In this document: one piece after another, positions 7,804 to 17,345 of the stretch
Position numbering within the stretch: position 1 is the stretch's first letter
How the letters are laid out: every line of letters begins with the position of its first letter
Source: an uncultured Bacillota bacterium
GTDB lineage: Bacteria > Bacillota_I > Bacilli_A > RF39 > UBA660
Direction of reading: 5' to 3'
Assembly: GCA_947168485.1 (NCBI GenBank)
Contig: CAMVLZ010000002.1
Location: 36,523-100,522 of the forward strand
DNA length: 64,000 nt
Notes under the pieces: model-generated
Told to the model about the DNA's origin: nothing
The model's input: only the letters and a program-made list of their open reading frames with translations
The model's database searches: none
Position numbers and translations under genes: made by a program

Positions 7804-9456
7804 TTATACTTCTTGAATAACAGTAATTATCATTGGTTTAGTCTCAGTTTCTTTATAAAAGAAATTACCAAGTCTATTTCTAACGTCATTTTTTATTTGA
7901 GAATAATCTACTCTCTTAGAACCAATTTCAACATCTTCTTCAATTACCTCTTTAGCAATTTGAGCAGTTTGTTGAAGTAAATCATAACTTTCTTTTACAT
8001 AGATAAATCCTCTAGTTAGAATTTCAGGTCCACTAAGTATTTTTTTAGATTCAGTATCAAGTGTACAACTAATAATAACTATACCATTTTCACTTAACAT
8101 TTCTCTATCTTTTAATACTAAGTCACCAATATCATCTTGACTATTACCATCTATTAATAATTCATCAACTGGTACTTTCTCACGTGCTTCAGTTAATTCT
8201 CCATCAACAAATTCAGCAACTTCACCATTTAATTTTAATATAATATTTTCTTTATCTATATCAACTGCTTCTGCTACTTCAGCATTAGCAAACATACTTT
8301 GATATTCACCTTTTACTGGAAAATAATATTTAGGATTCATTAAATTAATCATAAGCATTAAATCTTCAGAAGAAGCATGATGTAATAAATTCTTCTTACT
8401 AGATAACATAATACCATTAGCTCCTATTTGAGCAATTTTATCTAATATTTCAGAACTTCTCTTTTCAATACCTGGATAACTAGATTCTGTAATAAATATA
8501 GTATCAGTATCTTTAATAGTAATAAATTTATCATAACCATTAATAATCTTATATAGATTAGCAAAAGGTTTTTCTTTTAAATCACTTACTAAAACTACTA
8601 CATCTTTTTTATTTAAATCTTCTAAATTACCAATTCTATTCTTATCTAATTTTAAATATCCATGTTCAATTCCATGATTAATAGTATTTTGTAATGCTTT
8701 ACCCATAATAACTAATTTTCTATGAGTTTTAGATACTTCATTAAATATCTCTTGCATTCTATAATAATGAGCAGGAAAAACAGTCATAATAATTCTATCT
8801 TCATTTCTAATTAATACTTCTCTAATAGTACTAGCAGCTCTATCTAAAGGAGAAGTATGTCCTACTTTAGAAGCATAAATAGATTCACTTAATAAACATA
8901 AAACACCTTGTTTACCAACATAAGCAAGTTTTCCTATATCAGTTTTATAATTACCTAACATTGTAGAATCAAAAGTAAAATCTCCTGTATAAACAATTGC
9001 TCCATCTTTAGTATATAAAACATAACATACAGCATCTGGTATAGAATGAGTAACACTAATAGGAAATATAGCATTATCTCCAAAATTAATCTTATTATGA
9101 GGTTTAATCTCAATTAAATTATATTTAGATATTTCATCTTTAGTCATATAAGATCTTAATACTTCTAAAGTTAAAAAAGTACCATAAACATCTAAATCAG
9201 GAATATCTTTTAATATATCAGGTAAAGCCCCCATATTAGAAGCATGTCCATGAGTTAAGAATACTCCTTTAATATTCTTCTTATTATCGATTAAATATTG
9301 ATAATCAGGAATAATATAATCTATTCCTAAATTAATATCATTATCATACTTTAGTCCCGCATCAAAAATAAATATATCTTTATTTACTTTAACAACATAC
9401 ATATTTTTACCATTTTCATTTAATCCACCTAAAGCAAATATTTTAATTTTATTCAA
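7804..9456 (-). CDS. rnj: ribonuclease J family protein (J2-like, degenerate metal motif)
   Basis: Metallo-beta-lactamase/beta-CASP layout (GGLNENGKNMY..., THSIPDA, TGDFTFD). Motif II reads HGHASN instead of HxHxDH. Confidence 0.85.
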   Translation of the reverse strand: MNKIKIFALGGLNENGKNMYVVKVNKDIFIFDAGLKYDNDINLGIDYIIPDYQYLIDNKKNIKGVFLTHGHASNMGALPDILKDIPDLDVYGTFLTLEVLRSYMTKDEISKYNLIEIKPHNKINFGDNAIFPISVTHSIPDAVCYVLYTKDGAIVYTGDFTFDSTMLGNYKTDIGKLAYVGKQGVLCLLSESIYASKVGHTSPLDRAASTIREVLIRNEDRIIMTVFPAHYYRMQEIFNEVSKTHRKLVIMGKALQNTINHGIEHGYLKLDKNRIGNLEDLNKKDVVVLVSDLKEKPFANLYKIINGYDKFITIKDTDTIFITESSYPGIEKRSSEILDKIAQIGANGIMLSSKKNLLHHASSEDLMLMINLMNPKYYFPVKGEYQSMFANAEVAEAVDIDKENIILKLNGEVAEFVDGELTEAREKVPVDELLIDGNSQDDIGDLVLKDREMLSENGIVIISCTLDTESKKILSGPEILTRGFIYVKESYDLLQQTAQIAKEVIEEDVEIGSKRVDYSQIKNDVRNRLGNFFYKETETKPMIITVIQEV

Positions 9457-9487
9457 ATTTCTCTCTCCTTTCTTAATATTATATAGT

Positions 9488-9529
9488 AAAAAATGACTTA
9501 TTCATTATAACAAATAAGTCATTTTTTTT
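9488..9529 (-). terminator. intrinsic terminator after the 209-aa gene
   Basis: AAUGACUUAUU...AAUAAGUCAUU hairpin with a U-run. Confidence 0.7.
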
Positions 9530-9538
9530 CAATATATA

Positions 9539-10168
9539 TTATTTTACTTTAACTTTATTATTTTCAACTTCTACACCATTATAAATAATATTTTTAGAAG
9601 TACTTAAAGCTTTATTTACTAATGAGAATACTTCATCATCAGTAGCCTTTTCATTATTCTTAATTTCTTTTAAATCTTTTAATAATTCTATTGATCCAGT
9701 TTCATCAACATATTCTTTATTATTATAATTAATAGTATCATTAACATTTACTTTACCAACATTGAAGTAATTGTTATCATATTGATCTAAGAATCTACTC
9801 TTAATACTACCATCTAATAAAGATATAGCTACTTTAACTCCATTAGTTCTAATTTCATTATCAATATATTCTTTATTGTTTCCATAAGAAACATCTTTTT
9901 TAGATTCAACTAAATCTTCTAAATAATTAGCAGCATCATCTAAATCTACTAAATCACCTTTATAAGTATCAGAATCTACCATATAAACATCTACATAATC
10001 AAATACTTCATCAATAACTGATTCATTAGATACTTTACTCATAGCATCATTGATACTCATACTATCTGTACTTAATTCTCCAGCATAAGCTACTCCAGTA
10101 GAAGATAATGTTAAACCTCCTGCAATAATTAATGATAATAATTTTTTATTTACTTTTAAATTTTTCAT
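9539..10168 (-). CDS. secreted hypothetical protein, paralog of 10231..11019
   Basis: Signal peptide (…GVAYA/GE). The C-terminal half matches its neighbour (EIRTNGVKVAISLLDGSIKSRF / ELRTNGINIASRLLENSIKTRL; TSKNIIYNG in both). Confidence 0.7.
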   Translation of the reverse strand: MKNLKVNKKLLSLIIAGGLTLSSTGVAYAGELSTDSMSINDAMSKVSNESVIDEVFDYVDVYMVDSDTYKGDLVDLDDAANYLEDLVESKKDVSYGNNKEYIDNEIRTNGVKVAISLLDGSIKSRFLDQYDNNYFNVGKVNVNDTINYNNKEYVDETGSIELLKDLKEIKNNEKATDDEVFSLVNKALSTSKNIIYNGVEVENNKVKVK

Positions 10169-10198
10169 GAATACAATCCCCCTTCATTCATGTGCTAC

Positions 10199-10227
10199 AT
10201 TATATCACAATTTTATTATTTTTGCAA
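10199..10227 (-). promoter_or_regulatory. SigA-type promoter for the 209-aa gene
   Basis: Minus strand TTGCAA, 17 nt, TGaTATAAT. Confidence 0.6.
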
Positions 10228-10230
10228 GTT

Positions 10231-11019
10231 TTATTTAATTTTTATCTTATTATCTGATTTTTCTAATCCATTATAAATAATATTTTTAGAAGTATTTAAT
10301 GAGTTATCTAATAAAGAAACTACTTCACTATAACCCATAGTATTATCAAATGAATCACTATTTTCACTTATATTTTTTAAGTTATCTAATAATGATAAAG
10401 TATCATCATCGCTAGATAAAACCTCATCATTATAAATTAATGTATTACCTTCAAAATAAATATTATTAAGACCAGAATAATCACTTTCATTATCAACTAA
10501 TCTTGTTTTAATAGAATTCTCTAATAATCTACTAGCTATATTTATACCATTAGTTCTTAATTCTTTATCTAAGAAATCTTTATAATATGAAAGTCTTTTT
10601 ATCGCAATCATCTTAACTTCTTCATCTGCATAATAAATATCATCTATAAAATCATAAGCATCTTCTATAGTCCATGTAGCAGACTCTTCTGCTAAGAAAG
10701 AAGCAGGATCTTCTTCACCAATTTGTTCAATACCCATCTCATCAAGTTTCTTTCCTAATTCTATTATTCTTTCTAAGTAATTAGAAGCATCATCTAAATT
10801 TAAGTTTCTTATTTCTCCATTAACAGGATTTTCTAAAGTAATAGTCTCTTCTTCTAATACTTCATCAATATAAGAATCTTCTTCTACTTCATCTACTACT
10901 TCATCTAAAGAAAATGAATCAGTACTAATTTCTTCATCCTTTAAACAACCAGTTAAAGTAAAACTCATAGTACCTGCTAAAAGAATTGATACTAATCTTT
11001 TATTAATTTTAATATTCAT
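10231..11019 (-). CDS. lipoprotein, paralog of 9539..10168
   Basis: Lipobox LTGC after a hydrophobic N-terminus. ATG at 11019 is preceded by GGGGTG; the track GTG start lies inside the SD. Confidence 0.7.
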   Translation of the reverse strand: MNIKINKRLVSILLAGTMSFTLTGCLKDEEISTDSFSLDEVVDEVEEDSYIDEVLEEETITLENPVNGEIRNLNLDDASNYLERIIELGKKLDEMGIEQIGEEDPASFLAEESATWTIEDAYDFIDDIYYADEEVKMIAIKRLSYYKDFLDKELRTNGINIASRLLENSIKTRLVDNESDYSGLNNIYFEGNTLIYNDEVLSSDDDTLSLLDNLKNISENSDSFDNTMGYSEVVSLLDNSLNTSKNIIYNGLEKSDNKIKIK

Positions 11020-11061
11020 AAAAATACACCCCACAAAGTGAAGTGTATTATACCATAAAAA

Positions 11062-11730
11062 TTATTTTAAAGCAACTTTCTCTAAAGCTATTTTAGCAGC
11101 TTCTTGTTCAGCATCTTTCTTACTACTTCCAGTACCAGTACCATAAACTATTCCATCTATCATAACAGAAATAGTAAATACTCTATCATGAGAAGGACCT
11201 TCTTCACTAACTAGTTCATAAGATATAAAATCTTGTTCAGCTTGAACATACTCTTGTAAAGCACTCTTATAATCATTAAAGAAACTAATATTATTATCTT
11301 CTATATATGGAACAATAATATCTAAAGCAACTCTTCTAACAGTAGAAAATCCTAAATCTAAATAAATAGCCGCTAGTAAAGCTTCAAATATATCCGCAAC
11401 TATAGCTTTCTTATGCTTACCATCATCTTTATATTCACCATGACCAACTTTAATATATTGACTAAGTTCTAACTCATTAGAATACTCATATAAAGCATTC
11501 TCACATACATAACTAGATCTAACCTTAGTCATTTCCCCTTCATCTTCTTTTTTATTTAAATAAAGATATTCAGACACAATCATATCAAGTATCGCATCAC
11601 CTAAAAACTCTAATCTTTCATAATCTTGTTTAGCTTTATGTTCATTAGCATAACTACTATGACTAAAAGCTATTTTATATAAAGAAATATCATTAGGTTT
11701 TATATTAAGTTTCTTAAATAGTTTTTCCAT
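11062..11730 (-). CDS. rnc: ribonuclease III
   Basis: ERLEFLGDA signature plus a C-terminal dsRBD (GPSHDRVF...GSSKKDAEQEAA). Confidence 0.9.
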   Translation of the reverse strand: MEKLFKKLNIKPNDISLYKIAFSHSSYANEHKAKQDYERLEFLGDAILDMIVSEYLYLNKKEDEGEMTKVRSSYVCENALYEYSNELELSQYIKVGHGEYKDDGKHKKAIVADIFEALLAAIYLDLGFSTVRRVALDIIVPYIEDNNISFFNDYKSALQEYVQAEQDFISYELVSEEGPSHDRVFTISVMIDGIVYGTGTGSSKKDAEQEAAKIALEKVALK

Positions 11731-11840
11731 CTAACCACCTCAAGTCATTATAATTCTATCATTAATAATATAATTTTACAATTAATGATTTATATAAATT
11801 ATAAATTGTAATTATTAAAAATATATAGTAAAATAATCTT

Positions 11841-12074
11841 ATGAAAAAAATATTAATAAAGATGATAAAAATATATCAAAATATACCATTATCATCTCAT
11901 AAATATTGTCGTTTCATACCTACTTGTAGCGAGTATGCTATAGAAGCTATAGAAGAATATGGTACTATTAAAGGTATAAAAATGACATTAAAAAGAATAT
12001 CTAAATGTCACCCAGGTGGTGGATATGGATATGACCCAGTAATAAAAAGGAGTAAAGAACATGAAGAAAATTAA
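11841..12074 (+). CDS. yidD: membrane protein insertion efficiency factor YidD
   Basis: [15 protein letters not shown]...[11 protein letters not shown]. Confidence 0.85.
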   Translation: MKKILIKMIKIYQNIPLSSHKYCRFIPTCSEYAIEAIEEYGTIKGIKMTLKRISKCHPGGGYGYDPVIKRSKEHEEN

Positions 12075-12927
12075 AAAATTATTATTACTATTTATATTAG
12101 TTATACTATGTACTACAGGATGTACAAAAGATGATATGGAAGGAATAAACGTTGTAGTTACAAATTACCCAAATGAATATATCACAAATATAATCTACGG
12201 CAAACATTCTAATATAACTTCAATATACCCAGATGGTGTTAATATAGATAAGTATAAAATAAGCAATAAACAAAAAAATGAGTATGCGAATGCTGATCTA
12301 TTTATATATAATGGATTAATCGAAAAAGAACGTGATCTAGCAATTGACTTATTAGATATAAACAAAAAATTAAAAATAATAGATACAGCTTACGTTTTAG
12401 AAACAGAATATTCAAATGAAGAATTATGGTTAGATCCATCTTCTCTACTAATGATGGCTCAAAATGTTAGACTTGGTATTGAAGAATATGCTTCATCAAC
12501 AGTATTAAAGAAAGAAATTGATAAAGACTATGAAAATTTAAAAGTAAGCTTATCTGAATTAGATGCTACTTATCGTCTAGCAGTAGAAAATGCTGATAAA
12601 AAGACTGTAATTGTATCTAACTCATCTCTTAAATATCTAAAGAAATTTGGATTTGAAGTATTATGTATTGATAATGATGCTACTGAAAAAACTATCTTAA
12701 AAGCAAAAGATTTAATTAATCAAAAGAAGATATCTTATATATATCAATTTGAAGGAGATACTACATCTGATAAAGTAAAAGAATTATTAACTACTTATCC
12801 TGATTTAAAACAAGTATCTCTACATAAATTAAACATTATATCAGATAAAGAGAGAGAAAATAATGAAGATTATATCTCTATATCTAATAAAAATTTAGAT
12901 TTATTAAAACAAGAACTATATCAATAA
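12061..12927 (+). CDS. PsaA/TroA-like (cluster A-I) substrate-binding lipoprotein homolog lacking the metal ligands
   Basis: Lipobox TTGC. Aligns by eye to PsaA ([14 protein letters not shown]..., ADLFIYNGL), but the positions I recall as ligands read K/L/N. There is no adjacent ABC permease or ATPase. Confidence 0.6.
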   Translation: MKKIKKLLLLFILVILCTTGCTKDDMEGINVVVTNYPNEYITNIIYGKHSNITSIYPDGVNIDKYKISNKQKNEYANADLFIYNGLIEKERDLAIDLLDINKKLKIIDTAYVLETEYSNEELWLDPSSLLMMAQNVRLGIEEYASSTVLKKEIDKDYENLKVSLSELDATYRLAVENADKKTVIVSNSSLKYLKKFGFEVLCIDNDATEKTILKAKDLINQKKISYIYQFEGDTTSDKVKELLTTYPDLKQVSLHKLNIISDKERENNEDYISISNKNLDLLKQELYQ

Positions 12928-12938
12928 TAGTTCTTTTC
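12912..12938 (+). terminator. intrinsic terminator
   Basis: AGAACUAU-AUCAAUA-AUAGUUCU hairpin spanning the stop codon, followed by UUUC. Confidence 0.5.
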
Positions 12939-12950
12939 TTTAGAAAACAA

Positions 12951-12979
12951 TTGCAATTTAATAAAATTTTTGATAGAAT
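12951..12979 (+). promoter_or_regulatory. SigA-type promoter of rpsT
   Basis: TTGCAA, 17 nt, TGaTAGAAT. Confidence 0.65.
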
Positions 12980-13009
12980 TAACTTGTTTACAAAAAGAGA
13001 GGTGAAATT

Positions 13010-13273
13010 ATGCCAAATATCAAAGGAGCTATTAAAAGAGTTCGTGGAAATAATAGAAAGAAAGATGTTAATACTATTGTTAAATCATCAATGTCTACAG
13101 CAATCAAGAAATTTGAAAAAGCTGTAAAAGAAAATGATAAAGAAACAGCTAAGACTCAATTAAACGTTGCTCTACAAAGAATTGATAAAGCTGTTAATTC
13201 TAAATTAGTACATAAGAATAAAGCAGCTAGATTAAAAAGTAGATTAACTAAAAAAATTAATACAATGAACTAA
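13010..13273 (+). CDS. rpsT: 30S ribosomal protein S20
   Basis: MPNIKGAIKRVRGNNRKK... 87 aa, basic, with SD GAGAGGTGA. Confidence 0.9.
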   Translation: MPNIKGAIKRVRGNNRKKDVNTIVKSSMSTAIKKFEKAVKENDKETAKTQLNVALQRIDKAVNSKLVHKNKAARLKSRLTKKINTMN

Positions 13274-13293
13274 ACCATTTAATGGTTTTTTTT
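13272..13293 (+). terminator. intrinsic terminator of rpsT
   Basis: AACCA-UUUAA-UGGUU followed by U-run. Confidence 0.65.
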
Positions 13294-13349
13294 ATTTACT
13301 TTACCCTACTTTTAATATAAAATATTATTAGATAATTAGGGAGGCCAGT

Positions 13350-14261
13350 ATGAAGAAGACAATACCTTTAATAATTATATTATTGATATTAGTAGGTATA
13401 TTACTAAATAAAGATAAATTATATGAAGAATATCATAATTATATATTAAAAAATAAAATAGAAAATATTACTCCACCAGTAACAAATGAGTATTATAGAT
13501 TAAATAATTTTAACTATGTACAAATAACAAATGATTATGTTCCTAATAACAAACAAGAATTATTAAATATAATCTATACAATAATAAGTTCTGGTCAAAC
13601 TGAATATACTTTCTATTGTCCAAAAGAATATGAAACATGTTTAAATGACGTTAATAATATAGCTGAAAATCAATCTATATTATCAGATATAAATAATTTT
13701 GTTCATCCATATAATTCATTTAAACATATAGAAACAAAATATGATAACACTAGAGAAGTAACAATAACTTATACAAAAAATTATACAGAAGAAGATATTC
13801 GATTAGTAAATCAAAAAATTGATTATTTATATTCTAAATTATATAAACAAAATGATACAGTAGTTAATAATCTAAGAAGATTTCATGACTATGTTGCCAA
13901 TCACTCAGCATATGATTCTAATCGAGCTGATAATAATATAATAAAATATAAATCAGATATCGCATATGGTCCATTAATTGAAGGATTCTCATTATGTGGA
14001 GGATACTCAGATGCCATAGCACTATACTTAGATAGAATGAATATAACAAATTATAAAGTATCATCACAAGAACATGTTTGGAATGCAATATGTATTAATA
14101 AAAAATGGTATCATTTAGACCTAACTTGGGATGATCCAATAACAGATACAGGACAAAATTATTTATTACATGATTATTTCTTAATAAATACAAAAACTTT
14201 AGAATCAAAAAATATAAAACAACATGAATATGATAAAACTGTATATTCTGAATTACAATAA
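13350..14261 (+). CDS. membrane-anchored transglutaminase-like domain protein
   Basis: N-terminal TM, then a Cys-His-Asp core: SLCGGYSDAIALYL ... EHVWNAI ... WYHLDLTWDD. Confidence 0.75.
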   Translation: MKKTIPLIIILLILVGILLNKDKLYEEYHNYILKNKIENITPPVTNEYYRLNNFNYVQITNDYVPNNKQELLNIIYTIISSGQTEYTFYCPKEYETCLNDVNNIAENQSILSDINNFVHPYNSFKHIETKYDNTREVTITYTKNYTEEDIRLVNQKIDYLYSKLYKQNDTVVNNLRRFHDYVANHSAYDSNRADNNIIKYKSDIAYGPLIEGFSLCGGYSDAIALYLDRMNITNYKVSSQEHVWNAICINKKWYHLDLTWDDPITDTGQNYLLHDYFLINTKTLESKNIKQHEYDKTVYSELQ

Positions 14262-14290
14262 AAAAGATAGAAGTTAACTTCTATCTTTTT
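14261..14290. terminator. bidirectional terminator (convergent genes)
   Basis: Perfect palindrome AGATAGAAGTT/AACTTCTATCT flanked by an A-run and a T-run. It overlaps the miaA stop. Confidence 0.7.
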
Positions 14291-15150
14291 ATATAAGTAT
14301 AAACATCATTAATAGTATTATTAAAATCATCAAAATCAACTTCAAACCACTTAACATCAAATTGATGTTTAAAGAAAGTATACTGTCTCTTCGCAAATCT
14401 CCTAGAATCTTTCTTAATCATCTCAACAACACTATCTAAAGATAAATCATCATATAAATAATCATAAAACTCTTTATAACCAATACCACTATTCAAAACT
14501 CTAGATACAAGATATTTATCTTTTAAATTAGTTACCTCATCAACTAATCCATTATTAATCATTACATCTACTCTATCATTAATTCTATTATATAAAACAC
14601 TTCTATCACAAGTTAAACCAATTACTTTAATTGGATATAATAACTTATCTTTATTATTAGAATTCTTACTATCATTTAAACACTTAGTAAGAAGTCTTTC
14701 TAATCTTTGTCTATTATTAATATGAACATCAAAGTCACCATAATCTTTTAATCTAGTATATAAATCCAAATTACTTAAAGAAGAAAAATCATACTTTTTT
14801 TCTTCTTTTTTAAAATCATAATCATATAATGCAGCTTTTATATATAAACCAGTTCCACCAACTATTATAATTCTTTTACCTCTCTTAGTAATGTCTTCTA
14901 TTAACTTACGTACATCTTGTTGATAGTCATATACTGTGTAATCTTCATCTACTTCTTTAATATCTATTAAATGATGAGTAATACCACTCATTTCATCTTT
15001 ACTAGGTTTAGCACTACCTATATTTAAATCTTTATAAATAGATACAGAATCTCCATTAATTATTTCAGCATCTAAATTTTTAGCTAATTCAATAGAAAGT
15101 TTAGTCTTACCTACTCCAGTAGGTCCAACAATCACAATAATATCATTCAT
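14281..15150 (-). CDS. miaA: tRNA dimethylallyltransferase
   Basis: P-loop GPTGVGKT, then INGDSVSIYKDLNIGSAKP. It overlaps mutL by 8 nt. Confidence 0.9.
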   Translation of the reverse strand: MNDIIVIVGPTGVGKTKLSIELAKNLDAEIINGDSVSIYKDLNIGSAKPSKDEMSGITHHLIDIKEVDEDYTVYDYQQDVRKLIEDITKRGKRIIIVGGTGLYIKAALYDYDFKKEEKKYDFSSLSNLDLYTRLKDYGDFDVHINNRQRLERLLTKCLNDSKNSNNKDKLLYPIKVIGLTCDRSVLYNRINDRVDVMINNGLVDEVTNLKDKYLVSRVLNSGIGYKEFYDYLYDDLSLDSVVEMIKKDSRRFAKRQYTFFKHQFDVKWFEVDFDDFNNTINDVYTYIKR

Positions 15151-16903
15151 TATAATCCCTCTTAAACATTTTATCTAATTGATCTCTAGTATAAGTAATA
15201 ATAGTAGGTCTACCATGTGGACAAGTAAATGGATTTTCACAATATCTAACATTATCAACTATCCATTGCATATCTTCATGAGACAGATATTCATGTGCTT
15301 TAACAGAAGAATGACAAGCTATAGATGTAACAGTAGAATCAATAAACTTCTTCTTATCAAAACTACCCTTTTCAGAAACAAGTTCAAATATATTTTGAAT
15401 TTCACCTTTCGCAATATCTTCATTTATCCATGTAGGATGAGATCTAACAATAAAAGTATTATCACCAAACTCTTCTACTGAAATACCTAAATCTTCAAAA
15501 ACATCTAATCTTTCTCTACATCTAATAAACTCATCATGAGCAAGTTCTATACTAATTGGAGTTAATAAGTCAATAACAGAACTCTTATCATTAACCATCT
15601 TATCAAGATACTTCTCATAATTAATTCTCTCAGCCGCAGCATGTTGATCTACTAAGTACATTCCATCTTCATTCTCACAAATTATATAAGTCATAAAGAT
15701 ATTACCAATAACATTCATTTTCTTAATACGAGTAGTTTCTTCTTCCTTATACTCTTCTTTTTCTTCTTCAATATTAAAATCTAATTTAATTTCTTCATAG
15801 ACTTTTTCTTCATTAATCTTTTTCTCTTCAATAATCTCTTCATTCTCTTCTTTATGAGATATTTGATTATATACTTCATTAAATGAAGAAGTCTCTCTAA
15901 CATTAGCTTCTGGTATTAAAGTAAGAGTTTCTAATCTATCTTTAATATTCTTACTAATTAAATCAATTAAAGTATCCATCTTACTAAATTTAATATCCAT
16001 CTTAGTAGGATGTATATTAATATCTACAAGTATTGGATCTACATCTATATTTAATACAATAATTGGGTATCTTCCTTTATGTATATAAGTATGATAAGCA
16101 TCAATTATACATCTATTTAAATCATTATTCTTAATAACTCTACCATTAACTAAAGTAGTAATAGAATTACGATTACTCTTAGTTATCTCAGGATATGAAA
16201 TATATCCACTAATAGTATAATCATCATTCTCATCATTAATAGGTATCATTTTCTTAGTAATATTAGCTCCATATATATCATAAATTACTTTTAATAAATC
16301 ACCATTACCAGTAGTTTCAATTAACTTATTACCATTATTTATTAAAGTAAATTTAATATCTGGATACGCTAAAGCCATCTTATCAATATACTCTACTATA
16401 TTAGATAACTCTATATATAAATTCTTTAAATATTTTAATCTAACTGGAGTATTATAAAATAATTCAGATACTTCTATCTCAGTACCTTTAGCTAAATCAG
16501 ATGAAGATACTTTCATATCTTTACCACCATCTATAGTAATTAAAGTTCCAGTCTTACCATTACTAGTCTTTAAACTCATCTTAGAAACAGATGCGATTGA
16601 TGGAATAGCTTCTCCTCTAAAACCAAGTGACTCAATATTAAATAAATCATCTAAATTAGATATCTTACTAGTAGCATGACGCTCAAATGCCATCTTAGCA
16701 TCTTCTCTATCCATACCAATACCATTATCACGTATATTAATAAGTTTAACTCCAGAATCAATTAAATTAATAGTAATCTCAGTACTTTCAGCATCAATAC
16801 TATTTTCAACTAACTCTTTAACTACATTCATACATGATTCTACTACTTCACCAGCAGCTATCTTATTAGATAATAAATCATCCATTACATGTATCTTACT
16901 CAT
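15143..16903 (-). CDS. mutL: DNA mismatch repair protein MutL (endonuclease type)
   Basis: GHKL N-terminus (IAAGEVVE...DNGIGM) and C-terminal DQHAAAERINYE and CPHGRP motifs. Confidence 0.9.
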   Translation of the reverse strand: MSKIHVMDDLLSNKIAAGEVVESCMNVVKELVENSIDAESTEITINLIDSGVKLINIRDNGIGMDREDAKMAFERHATSKISNLDDLFNIESLGFRGEAIPSIASVSKMSLKTSNGKTGTLITIDGGKDMKVSSSDLAKGTEIEVSELFYNTPVRLKYLKNLYIELSNIVEYIDKMALAYPDIKFTLINNGNKLIETTGNGDLLKVIYDIYGANITKKMIPINDENDDYTISGYISYPEITKSNRNSITTLVNGRVIKNNDLNRCIIDAYHTYIHKGRYPIIVLNIDVDPILVDINIHPTKMDIKFSKMDTLIDLISKNIKDRLETLTLIPEANVRETSSFNEVYNQISHKEENEEIIEEKKINEEKVYEEIKLDFNIEEEKEEYKEEETTRIKKMNVIGNIFMTYIICENEDGMYLVDQHAAAERINYEKYLDKMVNDKSSVIDLLTPISIELAHDEFIRCRERLDVFEDLGISVEEFGDNTFIVRSHPTWINEDIAKGEIQNIFELVSEKGSFDKKKFIDSTVTSIACHSSVKAHEYLSHEDMQWIVDNVRYCENPFTCPHGRPTIITYTRDQLDKMFKRDYNE

Positions 16904-16937
16904 ATGACACCTCTACTTCATTATACTTTAAATTATT

Positions 16938-16967
16938 AAAAAGAAAAAGAACTAATTATATAGTTCT
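16938..16967 (-). terminator. intrinsic terminator
   Basis: AGAACUA-UAUAAU-UAGUUCU hairpin followed by a U-rich run on the minus strand. Confidence 0.6.
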
Positions 16968-16969
16968 AA

Positions 16970-17344
16970 TTAATTACAAGGTTTAATTGTATCTGTTCTA
17001 GATTCAGAAGATGACTCCCAAACACAATCAGTATTAGAAATTTTATTTTTAACTGTAGGCCATGTAACAAAGAAAAAGAATAAAATCATAAATATAACTA
17101 ATAATAATTTAAGTACTTTTTCAATATATAATAACTTTGTATTATTTATTCTCTTAGATATACCTTCAAGTATAAAAGGAATTAATAATACTATTATAGA
17201 TAATACATAAATAACTATTTTTAATATCAAATCAAAATCTTCAATAGTAGCAGTTAAAAATAATCCAATGAAAAAGATAGAAACAACTACATATATAACA
17301 TTAATAAAAGTACTAAAAAAATCCTTTAATCCAATTTTTCCCAT
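16970..17344 (-). CDS. small multi-pass membrane protein
   Basis: 124-aa ORF with 3-4 hydrophobic helices. It begins 1 nt after the uvrC stop. Confidence 0.55.
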   Translation of the reverse strand: MGKIGLKDFFSTFINVIYVVVSIFFIGLFLTATIEDFDLILKIVIYVLSIIVLLIPFILEGISKRINNTKLLYIEKVLKLLLVIFMILFFFFVTWPTVKNKISNTDCVWESSSESRTDTIKPCN

Positions 17345-17345
17345 T

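Noticed and set aside
7791-7815. The hairpin CAAGAAG…CTTCTTG bridges the rnj stop codon and the 5' end of tRNA-Arg.
   Set aside because: It could be a processing or attenuation structure. However, there is no U-run, and the 5' arm overlaps the first base of the tRNA. I cannot distinguish it from a chance inverted repeat, so I did not report it as a terminator.
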